Assembly: GCA_964440465.1 (NCBI GenBank)
Contig: CAYTSI010000005.1
Coordinates: 151-64,150 of the forward strand
Origin: an uncultured Spirochaetales bacterium
GTDB taxonomy: Bacteria > Spirochaetota > Spirochaetia > SPDA01 > CAZSGZ01
Direction of reading: 5' to 3'
DNA length: 64,000 bases
Under the pieces are notes generated by a model. The model made no database searches. It saw only the letters and a list, made by a program, of their open reading frames with translations, and was not told the DNA's origin. How positions within the stretch are numbered: the stretch's first letter is position 1; each line of letters begins with the position of its first letter. The translations under genes were made by a program, and so were the position numbers. Of this stretch, positions 15,837 to 25,444 are shown piece after piece.

Positions 15837-16343
15837 TCAGCGTAACTTCATCCAAACCCGCCGCAGGAAATCATTAGGCGGCCGCTCTAATATGTCCAGC
15901 TGTCCCTTATAGATCAAACTCATGCCGCTGTATTTATAGTCTGTCGCGTATTGGACCATTTTGGCGCGAACTGGGTTATTGGCTATATAAACAAATGTGG
16001 CAAGATATTGCAGGAAACTGTGAATTATTTTGCTTTTAAACCGCTCGTTCCATACATGGCCGGTTAGCCCAAATGTTTTATTATACTGCATCGCGAAAAC
16101 GCTTAAAACCCATTGCATAATGGCCGATAAGCTCTCATTATTCAGCGGTTTTATGATGAAATGGTAATGGTTTCCCATTATACAGAAGTTTTTGATAGTG
16201 AAGCGGTATTTTTTTTTTGCCCTTCTGATGACTTCCATAAACATTTCTTGTATTTCCGGTGTTTTGAATATTACTTCTTTGCGGTTCACTCTGGAAACTA
16301 CGTGATAACTTGCCCCATACTGTAATTGCCTTGGTTTTCTCAT
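15837..16343 (-). CDS. IS200/IS605-type Y1 (HUH) transposase-like protein, RAYT-like
   Basis: The 168-aa product has an HUH motif (GNHYHFII) and a C-terminal tyrosine region (YIANNPVRAKMV...YKYSG). The gene stands alone, with no tnpB nearby, and local GC content is lower than in the neighbouring genes. Confidence 0.8.
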   Translation of the reverse strand: MRKPRQLQYGASYHVVSRVNRKEVIFKTPEIQEMFMEVIRRAKKKYRFTIKNFCIMGNHYHFIIKPLNNESLSAIMQWVLSVFAMQYNKTFGLTGHVWNERFKSKIIHSFLQYLATFVYIANNPVRAKMVQYATDYKYSGMSLIYKGQLDILERPPNDFLRRVWMKLR

Positions 16344-16448
16344 TCTTTACCCCCTCGAATAGTCGGTATTTTTTTTTGCCTATACTTAATAAGAAGGGGT
16401 AAATAGGATTGCTGATTTTAAAATTCGGTCATTTTTTTTATTTTTTTT

Positions 16449-16458
16449 GCTCTGTCCC
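16449..16458 (-). repeat. Intergenic copy of the over-represented 10-mer GGGACAGAGC
   Basis: GCTCTGTCCC is read on the + strand, 106 bp upstream of the RAYT start codon. Confidence 0.95.
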
Positions 16459-16464
16459 CATCTT

Positions 16465-17661
16465 TTAGCTTTTTAACCGCTTGAGAAGTTCCCGGGCGAC
16501 AGCTGTCTCAACTTTATCCTCTGTCCCTAGCCCGCATACAGTACGGACCATGTGTTCATGTCCGTTTGCGGCCAGTTCTTCAGCGAACTGCTTGTCCCCT
16601 GGGAAAAGAATGCCGTTTTCGTCGGATCCGCGGAATGCAAACCCGGCGGCGGCTGCCTCGGCAATTGCGCTATAGGGAAGCCCGTGGGTTTCGGCTAAAA
16701 GCATTGCTCCGACCAGCCTATCGTCTTTGGCAAGTTTCCGTTGAAGGTCCCGGCCGACCCGGAAAATGGTATCACCCAATGCTTTATTTCGGAACCTGTT
16801 TAGAAGGTCGCCAATGTGTTCTCGGAGCGCGTCCAGAGAGAGATCGGCCGGGTACGCGGCGTGAAGGGCTTCTCCTGACTGTTCCATTGCTTTTTGTACT
16901 TTATCCTTAATTTCCGGAAGCTCAAGGGGTTCCCAGATGTAGGTAAACCCGGGTTCCTTACGATATCCGATATACGCCGCCGCCGCGTGACCCATATTAT
17001 GAATGAACAGTTTCCTGTCTACGTAGGCGGTTATATTTTCCACTGCTTTTATCTCGGGGAAATCCGGCACTTCTCGGACAAATCCGTGTTTATCAAGGAT
17101 AAGCGTATTGTATTCTTCCGAGAATACCCACAGTGGATCTTCGTTTTTGTCTTCCTCCCGCATAATCGGTACCATTTTCCCAATACTCGTTTCAACCAGG
17201 CCCACTGTTTTCTGAATGGGGAAGCCGGGAGGTAGATATTTCTGCAGTTCCCTTCTAAAAAAAGCAGCTCCGTCCCTCATATTTTCAGCAATAATGATGT
17301 CGATTTTTGCCGCTTCCGTCCGCATTTTTATCCCTTCGGCAATAACGGGGATTATATGCGGTAAGACCCCCTTCCCAACAGACGTGGCAATGTACGCCGC
17401 TTTGGAAATTTCTTCCGCTACTGCAGCTCTGTCCCTGCCGTCGACGGCTCGGACACCGGTAACGAAGACCTCTTCATCTTCCTGATTGTTCCGTTTAATA
17501 ATGACACGATAGGAGTTCCTGCTGTTCAACTCCCGTATCAGCGTTTCATCAATATCGACAAAGACAACCTCATAACCGTTGCCTGCAAACACCTTCCCGA
17601 TAAATGATCTGCCGATATTTCCGGCACCGAACTGCACTAGTTTTTTCTGTTTTTCCTGCAT
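16465..17661 (-). CDS. mtlD: Mannitol-1-phosphate 5-dehydrogenase family protein
   Basis: The product is collinear with E. coli MtlD as I recall it. Shared segments include FGAGNIGRSFIGK, IIIAENM, VDRKLFIHNMGHAAAAYIG and RFRN...RVGRDLQRKL..DDRL. Confidence 0.75.
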   Translation of the reverse strand: MQEKQKKLVQFGAGNIGRSFIGKVFAGNGYEVVFVDIDETLIRELNSRNSYRVIIKRNNQEDEEVFVTGVRAVDGRDRAAVAEEISKAAYIATSVGKGVLPHIIPVIAEGIKMRTEAAKIDIIIAENMRDGAAFFRRELQKYLPPGFPIQKTVGLVETSIGKMVPIMREEDKNEDPLWVFSEEYNTLILDKHGFVREVPDFPEIKAVENITAYVDRKLFIHNMGHAAAAYIGYRKEPGFTYIWEPLELPEIKDKVQKAMEQSGEALHAAYPADLSLDALREHIGDLLNRFRNKALGDTIFRVGRDLQRKLAKDDRLVGAMLLAETHGLPYSAIAEAAAAGFAFRGSDENGILFPGDKQFAEELAANGHEHMVRTVCGLGTEDKVETAVARELLKRLKS

Positions 17662-17738
17662 ACCCTATTATAAAGTGTTCGTGTACTCCGATACAAGCCG
17701 AGCGGGAGAGCCTGTCCTTGCCTCCGAAGGCCTTCAGT

Positions 17739-17748
17739 GCTCTGTCCC
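17739..17748 (-). repeat. Intergenic copy of the over-represented 10-mer GGGACAGAGC
   Basis: GCTCTGTCCC is read on the + strand, in the mtlD-like/pfkB divergent intergenic region. Confidence 0.95.
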
Positions 17749-17749
17749 C

Positions 17750-17774
17750 GGAATTGCCGGAATTGCGGAATTGA
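17750..17774. repeat. Three tandem copies of GGAATTGC/GGAATTGA (candidate operator)
   Basis: The sequence is GGAATTGC C GGAATTGC GGAATTGA, read directly. It lies 20-60 nt upstream of the kinase start. Confidence 0.9.
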
Positions 17775-17833
17775 ACTGTCTGCCATTGCACTAGATGATC
17801 ATATTTGAAATACTAAAGAAAAGTGAGGCTGAT

Positions 17834-18769
17834 GTGAAACCAGTAATAACTGCATATGGCGAGGCCCTGTGGGACCTTCTGCCGGAAGGCCCGGTCTTAG
17901 GCGGGGCATTGCTGAATTTTACCTACCGGGCAAAGAGCTTAGGCGCTGACGCGGAATGTATCAGCAGGCTCGGTATGGACGATTTGGGGGACAGAGCTGC
18001 CGGAAAAATGAACGACTTGGGGTTTGATATGAATTATATTCAGAGGGACAGTGCTCACTCTACCGGGACGGTCCCAGTCAGTTTTGATGAACAGAAAAAT
18101 CCCAGCTATGTCATTACCCCGGAGGTTGCGTTTGATTTTATTGAAGACACGGAAAATCTTGAGGCCAGAATACAACAATCCGACTGCCTCTGCTTCGGGA
18201 GCCTTATTCAGCGCGCTCCGGTTTCGCGGGAAACCCTCTACAAACTGATCGAGCAATTCGGGGGCAGGTACCTGCTTTTCGATATCAATTTACGAAAAGA
18301 CTGTTATTCCTCCAAAACGGTGCGCACGTCCCTGGAAAAATGTCATATTGCGAAGCTCAATGAGGACGAACTGCATGAGCTTAAAGAATTAATTGGAATT
18401 TCCGGGAATTCAGTCCGGAAACTGACGCAATCCTGTGTTGAAACCTACGGTTTGACCTATTGTCTCGTAACTTTAGGAGACAAGGGGCTTTTTGCCGCGG
18501 CTGATTCGGGGACAGAGGTGTATGTTCCGGGTATTGTCGTCGACCTTGTCGACCCGATTGGTGCCGGGGACGCCTGTACGGCAGGGTTTATTTTTTCTCT
18601 CCTGCAGGACAGTCCTCTCGATTACGCGTGCAAATATGCCAATGCAATCGGTGCGGCGGTCGCGGAAACTTCCGGGGCCACCGGTTTTGTATCGAAAGAG
18701 CGGATCGAAGCGGTCCTCCGCGGTGGGGACTATTCGGAGCCTCATCCAGAATTTCGGAGGAAGTACTGA
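17834..18769 (+). CDS. PfkB-family carbohydrate kinase
   Basis: The N-terminus AYGEALWDLLP is followed by the C-terminal DPIGAGDACTAGF anion-hole/ATP motif typical of ribokinase/PfkB kinases. The start is either GTG 17834 (RBS GTGAGG) or the track ATG at 17795. Confidence 0.8.
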   Translation: MKPVITAYGEALWDLLPEGPVLGGALLNFTYRAKSLGADAECISRLGMDDLGDRAAGKMNDLGFDMNYIQRDSAHSTGTVPVSFDEQKNPSYVITPEVAFDFIEDTENLEARIQQSDCLCFGSLIQRAPVSRETLYKLIEQFGGRYLLFDINLRKDCYSSKTVRTSLEKCHIAKLNEDELHELKELIGISGNSVRKLTQSCVETYGLTYCLVTLGDKGLFAAADSGTEVYVPGIVVDLVDPIGAGDACTAGFIFSLLQDSPLDYACKYANAIGAAVAETSGATGFVSKERIEAVLRGGDYSEPHPEFRRKY

Positions 18770-18822
18770 ACTTTTAGTTGATTTTTTTGCGCTTTACTAT
18801 TATTATATCTCGAAACAACTAA

Positions 18823-19008
<186 letters not shown>

Positions 19009-19046
19009 CACTTTTACGTAAGCAGTGTTAAGCTGCATTTTGTATG

Positions 19047-19090
19047 AAAGCTGCTGCCGGCCGTTGGTGCCGACGGCAGCTTTTTGTTTG
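19047..19090 (+). terminator. Rho-independent terminator after the ferredoxin gene
   Basis: A long GC-rich hairpin (AAAGCTGCTGCCGG...CCGACGGCAGCTTT) is followed by TTTTTGTTTG. Confidence 0.7.
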
Positions 19091-19120
19091 CCCGGCGAAG
19101 CCGGCAAACCTGCCGCGGTG

Positions 19121-19130
19121 GGGACAGAGC
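19121..19130 (+). repeat. Intergenic copy of the over-represented 10-mer GGGACAGAGC
   Basis: This is an exact match occupying the sequence block at 19121-19130. Confidence 0.95.
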
Positions 19131-19156
19131 ATGCCGATCGATGCCTAATTAATTCG

Positions 19157-19185
19157 TTGACAGGGGACAGAGCCGAAGGTAAACT
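19157..19185 (+). promoter_or_regulatory. Candidate sigma70 promoter (TTGACA, 17-nt spacer, TAAACT) with the 10-mer motif in its spacer
   Basis: TTGACA lies at 19157-19162. The 17-nt spacer GGGGACAGAGCCGAAGG contains the motif at 19164-19173. TAAACT lies at 19180-19185, followed by the RBS AAGGAG and the GTG start at 19204. Confidence 0.4.
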
Positions 19186-19203
19186 TTTTTTAAGGAGTGT
19201 GGT

Positions 19204-19875
19204 GTGAAAAAAATACTAAGTGCTCTCGTGTTGTTGTTCTTTTGCCGCGTTTTTCCTGTTTTTTCCTTCAATCCGGAGGAACTGAACACAATTACCTTTC
19301 ATAATAATACAGGTTACGATATTTACTATATTTTCCTCTCCCCGGGAGACAGCGACTTTTGGGGGCCGGAGGTGCTCGGGGCCGACCGCGTCCTTGGCGC
19401 CGGGGAAAGCCTGGGGTTTTATATTCATTACCCCGATTTTTCGAACACTTTCGATATTATGGCCATCGATGACGACGGGTATACCTTTATTCTGTGGGAC
19501 TATGAAGTCTCCGACGATGCTCCGGCGGAACTGACTTTCGATTTTGAAGACCTTTTGGACGATCCTCCGGACCTGGAGTTTATTACACTCAATGTAACAA
19601 ATGAAACGGTGCCGGTTTATCTTCTTTTCGTATCTCCCGAAGATTCAAACATGTGGGGTGTCGATTTGCTGGATGAATATACCATTTTAGAATCGGAAAA
19701 ATCCTTCAGTGTTCTCGTTCCGGTGGGTGGGACTACAACAACCTACAACGTTCTGGCGGTGGACGAGGACATGGATGAATACATCTTTGATATTCACCTC
19801 AACACCCGCTATGCCGATTCCGAAGGGACCATGTACGAGGCCGTTACCCTGGATGATTTGGTTACCGGCTACTGA
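19204..19875 (+). CDS. Secreted protein of unknown function with an internal duplication
   Basis: The N-terminus is a signal-like hydrophobic segment (MKKILSALVLLFFCRVFPVFS). Two ~100-aa repeats share the pattern Y-[IL]-[FL]-[LV]-SP-[GE]-DS-x-[FM]-WG-x-[ED]-[VL]-L and a later 'AIDDDG/AVDEDM' segment. Confidence 0.55.
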   Translation: MKKILSALVLLFFCRVFPVFSFNPEELNTITFHNNTGYDIYYIFLSPGDSDFWGPEVLGADRVLGAGESLGFYIHYPDFSNTFDIMAIDDDGYTFILWDYEVSDDAPAELTFDFEDLLDDPPDLEFITLNVTNETVPVYLLFVSPEDSNMWGVDLLDEYTILESEKSFSVLVPVGGTTTTYNVLAVDEDMDEYIFDIHLNTRYADSEGTMYEAVTLDDLVTGY

Positions 19876-21944
19876 ACCGTAAGTTCTTTCAGCGGCTGCG
19901 GTTTCGATATTTCGTACCCCTGAGCGTAGTCGACACCGATTTCCGTTAGTTTTTCGAGGATCGTACTATTTCGAACAAATTCGGCAATTGTTTCTATTCC
20001 CATGACATGACCTAACGTGTTAATAGCTTCAACCATAGCTGAGTTGACGCTGTTTTCATCCATATCTTTTACAAAGGAACCGTCTATTTTGAGGTAATCG
20101 ACAGGCATATTTTTCAGGTAATTGAAAGAGGAAAAACCGCTCCCGAAATCGTCCAATGAAAATGTACATCCCATTTTTTTCAGCTCGTGAATAAACTGGC
20201 TTGCCGTGGTCATATTGCTGATGGTGACGGTTTCGGTTATTTCAAAGCAAAAGTTTTCCGGCGCCGCGCCGCTGCTGTGAAGCTGGTTCTGTATAAACTC
20301 GAGAAAATGCTCATCCGCCATACTTTCGGCGGAAAGATTGATGGAAAATACCTTTTTCCCGGCGCCGCCGTTCAACTTGTTAAACATCCCGACCGCTGTT
20401 TTCACGACCCAGCGGTCCACGAGGGGCATTAAATTGTAGCGTTCCGCGGCGGGAAGAAAATCGATCGGGGGGATTATCCCTCCGTTTTCGTCTATCATCC
20501 GGATGAGGACCTCCATTTTTTCCGACGTGCTGGCAACCGCGTGGGGCGAAATGGGCATAATCGTCTGATAGTAGAGCTCAAACCTGTCTTCTTCCAAAGC
20601 CTTGGTTAATCGGGTTACCCACTGCATTTCTCCGCGGCGCTGTTTAAATTGTTTGTCCGATGTTTTATAGACCCGGATCCGCCTTCCCCCCTCGTCTTTT
20701 GCGATGTAGCAGGCATCGTCGGCGGCGGCTAAAACCGAATGGATGTCTTCGCTTGTATCATCGATTACAACGAGGCCGATACTCGAGTGGATGTTGAACG
20801 CGTTCTGGCCCCATACCAGGCGCCGTTCCTTCAGCCGGTTCTGCAGCCGCTCGGCGATAATGTGGGCGGTTTCCTGGTCGGTGTTGTTCAGGACAATACC
20901 GAACTCGTCGCCGCCGAGCCGCGCGCAGATGTCACTGCTTCGAAATACGTTTTTGACAATTGCCGTAGTCTCGAGCAGCAGCTCATCTCCCGCGGCGTGG
21001 CCGATGGTGTCGTTTATCAGCTTAAACTGGTCGAGGTCGAGATAGATGAGGGCGTGCTGTGCCCCTTCTTTTTTCGCGGAATTGATAAGGCCCTTCAATG
21101 CCTGTGAAAAAGCGTCCCGATTTAAAAGGCCGGTAAGAGCGTCGTGGCTTGCCTGATAGGAAATTTTGTTCGACATCTCCCTCAGTTCCGAGATGTCCCG
21201 TACTGCTATTACCTGTCCCTCGATTCCCGATTGGCTGTCCCGGATACTGGCTACCGTACCTTCGACGGGGATCGTTTCGCCGTTTTTGTTCTTGATTACC
21301 GCTTCTTTGAAGAAAAATGTTCCCTGTTGAGGGTTTTTAACGTCGATATCGGGAAGCATAATCTCTTGCTTGGTATTTTCGTCATATATCTTTATCACCG
21401 ATGCAATATGCTTTGCTTTGGCTTCGGTTTCTTCGAGTCCCGTTATCGATTCCGCAACGGGATTCATGAATTCCACGTTCCGCTGATTGTCGGTTGCAAT
21501 TATCCCGTCGGCAATGCTGTGAAGAATAGCTGAAAACCGCCGTTCCTGCCGTTTCAGGGTTTTATCCACCTGGTATTTATAGATTGCTATATCAATGGTA
21601 GTGTAGAGTTCTTTTTCTTTAAAGGGTTTGAGAATGTAGCCGAAAGGTTCCGCTTCTTTCGCCCGGTTTAAGGTCTTTTCATCGGCATAGGCCGTGAGAA
21701 AAATGACGGGTATCTGGTTCCGGTCTTTAACGATTTTTGCCGCGTCGATACCGTCGATATCACCTCCGCCAAGCATAATGTCCATAAGAATGATATCCGG
21801 GTTAAGTTCCGCCGCTTTATCTATAGCTTCCTGTCCGGTAGTGCAGAGCCCGACAACATCGTAGTCGAATTTTTCCAAACGCCGCTGCAGGTCGAGGGAA
21901 ATTATTTTTTCATCTTCAACAATAAGAATTCGTTCTTTACTCAT
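19869..21944 (-). CDS. Response-regulator receiver / PAS / GGDEF / EAL c-di-GMP signalling protein
   Basis: The receiver domain reads ILIVEDE...DIILMDIML. PAS-like and GGDEF regions follow (RLGGDEFG), then an EAL domain (the EITE variant FCFEITET, plus DDFGSG and LKIDGSF). Confidence 0.9.
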   Translation of the reverse strand: MSKERILIVEDEKIISLDLQRRLEKFDYDVVGLCTTGQEAIDKAAELNPDIILMDIMLGGGDIDGIDAAKIVKDRNQIPVIFLTAYADEKTLNRAKEAEPFGYILKPFKEKELYTTIDIAIYKYQVDKTLKRQERRFSAILHSIADGIIATDNQRNVEFMNPVAESITGLEETEAKAKHIASVIKIYDENTKQEIMLPDIDVKNPQQGTFFFKEAVIKNKNGETIPVEGTVASIRDSQSGIEGQVIAVRDISELREMSNKISYQASHDALTGLLNRDAFSQALKGLINSAKKEGAQHALIYLDLDQFKLINDTIGHAAGDELLLETTAIVKNVFRSSDICARLGGDEFGIVLNNTDQETAHIIAERLQNRLKERRLVWGQNAFNIHSSIGLVVIDDTSEDIHSVLAAADDACYIAKDEGGRRIRVYKTSDKQFKQRRGEMQWVTRLTKALEEDRFELYYQTIMPISPHAVASTSEKMEVLIRMIDENGGIIPPIDFLPAAERYNLMPLVDRWVVKTAVGMFNKLNGGAGKKVFSINLSAESMADEHFLEFIQNQLHSSGAAPENFCFEITETVTISNMTTASQFIHELKKMGCTFSLDDFGSGFSSFNYLKNMPVDYLKIDGSFVKDMDENSVNSAMVEAINTLGHVMGIETIAEFVRNSTILEKLTEIGVDYAQGYEISKPQPLKELTVQ

Positions 21945-22031
21945 AGATGCTTATCTTTTCCTTATTACGTTGTATAATATTACCATGATTATTGCAACAT
22001 CAATCTTAATAAATATATACTATTATATAAT

Positions 22032-23165
22032 ATGCAGTTTGTAAATAAAATAAATGTTATGGAGTTGCAAAAACGGGAGCGTCCACGGGAGGAAGATCTG
22101 CGGGGGGCCTTTTTCAGGGACACTACCGCTATTATTCACTCCTATCCTTTCCGAAGGCTGCGGCACAAAACACAGGTATTTTTTTCACCGAAAAACGATC
22201 ATATCTGTACGCGCATCGAACATGTCATGCATGTCGCGACTGTGGCGACCACCATCTGCAAAGCCTTGAAACTCGATACCGACCTGGCTTGGGCAATCAG
22301 CATGGGCCACGACTTAGGGCATACTCCCTTCGGGCATTCCGGCGAAAAAATTATCGAGAAGATGTTTGCCGACCGGGGAGGGTTCGCCCACGAACTCTAC
22401 TCCCTTCGGGTGGTGGACAAACTCCACAAATACGGAAAGGGAATGAACCTGACCTATGCCGTGCGGGACGGAATTGTTACCCACTGCGGAGAAAAGTTTG
22501 AGCAGTTTATTTCCCCCGACCACAGGGTAAAAGAACTTTCTTCCATTACCGACAGGGAGTCCTATCCGGCAACGTGGGAAGGGGCTGTTGTCCGGATGTC
22601 CGACAAAATTGCTTACTTAGGAAGGGACATGGAGGATGCCGTACGGCTGAATGTTATCACTCCGAAAGAGCTTCCCGATACTGTAGTACGGGTCTTAGGA
22701 ACGCGGAACAGCGATATTATTGACACCCTCGTACGTGACTGTGTAGCAACTTCGACAGCTGAGGGACAGATCGGGTTCAGCCCGCGGGTCTACTCCGCTC
22801 TTATCGATTTAAAAGATTTCAACTATGAGCATATTTATACAAGCAGGGCCCTCTCCCGCTATACAGCCTTCTTTGAAAGGATCCTTACGACATTGTTTTT
22901 GTATTTGGAGCGAATTTTTAAAGCTTACCGCTTTACATTTGCCGATTACCAGCGGGAGCATACAATTCTTGCCATCCGCTTTGGAGATTACCTGTCTAAA
23001 ATGCAGTCCTTCTACACCGCCGAGAGAGCGGGGGACGATCAGATAGTAATTGATTATGTAGCAGGAATGACCGACGATTACGCGATAGACTGTATAGAAG
23101 AGATTATGGTCCCAAAAGAGTTTGAACATTACGACAGAGAGCTGTACACAAAGTTGAATTTATGA
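22032..23165 (+). CDS. dGTPase-like HD-domain triphosphohydrolase
   Basis: The motifs FRRLRHKTQVF, RIEHVMHV and GHDLGHTPFGH match the Dgt/HD phosphohydrolase pattern. Confidence 0.8.
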   Translation: MQFVNKINVMELQKRERPREEDLRGAFFRDTTAIIHSYPFRRLRHKTQVFFSPKNDHICTRIEHVMHVATVATTICKALKLDTDLAWAISMGHDLGHTPFGHSGEKIIEKMFADRGGFAHELYSLRVVDKLHKYGKGMNLTYAVRDGIVTHCGEKFEQFISPDHRVKELSSITDRESYPATWEGAVVRMSDKIAYLGRDMEDAVRLNVITPKELPDTVVRVLGTRNSDIIDTLVRDCVATSTAEGQIGFSPRVYSALIDLKDFNYEHIYTSRALSRYTAFFERILTTLFLYLERIFKAYRFTFADYQREHTILAIRFGDYLSKMQSFYTAERAGDDQIVIDYVAGMTDDYAIDCIEEIMVPKEFEHYDRELYTKLNL

Positions 23166-23192
23166 TTTAATGCAGATATTAGAGGAAAATGA

Positions 23193-23561
23193 ATGCCGTT
23201 TAGTATTTTGGAAAAAGACAGGAAGACATTTGAATATTTTAAAAAATACGTTGAGTTTTTAGAGCTCGAGGAAAACACCTGTCTCATCCTTGACAACAAG
23301 ATACAATCCGAGGAAATCCAGGAGCATTTGCGCCGGACCGGTCATAACAGCGGAATGGATGGAAGGAAAAAAGAGATTATTTCACAGTGGATTAAAGAAA
23401 ATGCCCGTCCGTTCCGGGATTATCTGAACAGCATCAAACTTGCCTATGTCGTATGGAAATGCATGGGCAAAGAATGGTCCGAGATAACCTGGGAAGAGTT
23501 CTTCAAAATCGAAGAGCGCCTCAATTCCCTCAAGTACAAATGTCTCGATACGATTTTTTAA
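23193..23561 (+). CDS. Hypothetical protein
   Basis: This is a 122-aa ORF with a plausible RBS (AGAGGAAAA). No family was recognised. Confidence 0.4.
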   Translation: MPFSILEKDRKTFEYFKKYVEFLELEENTCLILDNKIQSEEIQEHLRRTGHNSGMDGRKKEIISQWIKENARPFRDYLNSIKLAYVVWKCMGKEWSEITWEEFFKIEERLNSLKYKCLDTIF

Positions 23562-25399
23562 GAAAACATCATGCTGTTCACGTAATCGTCCATAAACTCC
23601 GGCGAAGATGACAATTCAATATATTCGGTCTGTTCACTCAGTGCCCCGCATTCCTGTAATTTTTCCCGGGACAGCAGCGCCATAATCGCGCCGGAGCCGG
23701 CTGCATTGCCGATAACTTCAATCTTGTTTTCCAGTTCTTTGGGAATAAGGCCGATATGTATTGCGTGATGTTTATCGATATAGCTGCCGAATCCGCCCGC
23801 GAGGAACACCCGTTCGATATCATGAACGCTCTTACCGGCGGTTTTCATGAGGGTGGTTATTCCCGCTGCAATTGAAGCTTTCGCGTTTTGCACCTCCCGT
23901 ATGTCCTTCTGGGTAAGAAGAATTGCATCGCCGTGGGACGTATCTTCAGCCTTTACCAAGGTGTAGGCGGTCTGTTTGTCGAGTTTGGTCAGGTTTTCCG
24001 CTAAATGCTTTCCGGTTTCGTTTTCTATATCATCGGCATCAACCATCCTGCCGGTTTCATCGATAATACCGGCATAGAGCAGGTTGGAAATGGCATCCAC
24101 AATTCCGGAACCGCAAATGCCTAAAGGTTTTTTATCGGCAATGGTAGTACAGGATATCGATGAATCGTGAAGGGCGACCGTATCGATTGCTCCGGCTATT
24201 CCTCCGACTCCGTCCCTGATGGTGGCGCCTTCAAATGCCGGTCCGGCCGCGGTGGAACAGGAAAGCAGCCGGTCCTTGTTTCCGAGCATAATTTCACCGT
24301 TTGTTCCGATGTCGATGAGGAGGCTCAAGCTTTCTTCTTTTGCCATTCCGCTGGCCAATGTAGCGGCGGTAATGTCCGCGCCGATATAGGCTGAAATCCC
24401 GGGCAGCAGATAGATCCACCCCTGTTCGGCAATGGCAATCCCCATTTCAGCCGCGGTTGTCCGCGTCATTTCCAGACTGGCGGGGATAAAGGGCGCCGCG
24501 GCGATATTTTTCGGAGGTATTCCCGCCGCGAGGTGCATCATGGTGGAGTTCCCCACGATGGTCATGCTGTAGATGCTCTTCCGGTCAATTGCATATTTGG
24601 AGACAAGCGAATCGATGAGGTCATTCAGCTGCCCGATAATGCCGTTGTGCAGTGTTTCCAAGCCCTGTTCATTCGTCATGGTGTGATTTATCCGGGCAAT
24701 AACGTCCTGTCCGTAACTTTTCTGCACGTTCAGGCCGGAGGCCACGCCGATTTTTTTCCCGGAAGTCATGTCTAAAAGATAGACGACCACGGTTGTTGTC
24801 CCGATATCCACCGCCAGGCCGTAATTGATATCTTCGGTGTTCCCCTGCTCGATGGTCAGAATCTGCGCGTCGTTGTAGACCGCGGTAGCGGAAAAACCGT
24901 TGTCCCGAAGCACCGAGGGCAGTTTTCCGATCTCATTCAGCGTAATCCTGTGGTCCGGCAGTTTGAGTTCGTCCCGAAGCCTTTTCAGGTCGTCCCGCTG
25001 GTCTTCTAAGGTCGGCTTGGAAAGGGAAACATATTTCTTTTTAATGCATGGGTTTAGATGTTCCCGAAACTCGCTGCTGTCCTCTAATATAACGATCTGT
25101 CCGGACTTGTCGTTTAAGGTAACGGTAATGTCTCCGGTTATCTGAGTAGAACAGGCAAGTCTGTATCCCCGGGCGAGTTCGGTTTCCGACAGTTTTTTCT
25201 TTTCAATTTCGGTAACGCCGGAAGCTCCGTCCCCCTCTACACGGACAAGGCATTTGCCGCAGGTCCCCCTCCCCCCGCAGGGTGTTTCGATAAACGACCT
25301 GTATTTTTCACCCACCGCTTCTAAAATCGTAGTTTCTTTTTTGCATGATACCGTTTCTGTTTCGTTTTCGGTAATAATGGTAACGTTGTATTCTGACAT
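23558..25399 (-). CDS. Corrinoid reductive activase (RACo/RamA-like): N-terminal [2Fe-2S] ferredoxin plus ASKHA ATPase domain
   Basis: The N-terminus has a plant-type ferredoxin Cys pattern (CGGRGTCGKC...C). The remaining ~500 aa carry ASKHA-type phosphate motifs (VDIGTTT, IDIGTNGE). Confidence 0.8.
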   Translation of the reverse strand: MSEYNVTIITENETETVSCKKETTILEAVGEKYRSFIETPCGGRGTCGKCLVRVEGDGASGVTEIEKKKLSETELARGYRLACSTQITGDITVTLNDKSGQIVILEDSSEFREHLNPCIKKKYVSLSKPTLEDQRDDLKRLRDELKLPDHRITLNEIGKLPSVLRDNGFSATAVYNDAQILTIEQGNTEDINYGLAVDIGTTTVVVYLLDMTSGKKIGVASGLNVQKSYGQDVIARINHTMTNEQGLETLHNGIIGQLNDLIDSLVSKYAIDRKSIYSMTIVGNSTMMHLAAGIPPKNIAAAPFIPASLEMTRTTAAEMGIAIAEQGWIYLLPGISAYIGADITAATLASGMAKEESLSLLIDIGTNGEIMLGNKDRLLSCSTAAGPAFEGATIRDGVGGIAGAIDTVALHDSSISCTTIADKKPLGICGSGIVDAISNLLYAGIIDETGRMVDADDIENETGKHLAENLTKLDKQTAYTLVKAEDTSHGDAILLTQKDIREVQNAKASIAAGITTLMKTAGKSVHDIERVFLAGGFGSYIDKHHAIHIGLIPKELENKIEVIGNAAGSGAIMALLSREKLQECGALSEQTEYIELSSSPEFMDDYVNSMMFS

Positions 25400-25444
25400 A
25401 GGACATCCTTTCTTACATATAGAATTTTTAATATATTGATTAAT

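Noticed and set aside
22032-23165. Interpreting the dGTPase-like HD protein as an anti-phage dNTP-depletion defence gene.
   Set aside because: Dgt-like enzymes are mostly housekeeping. There are no neighbouring defence or mobile genes, and nothing in the sequence distinguishes a defensive clade without a phylogeny.
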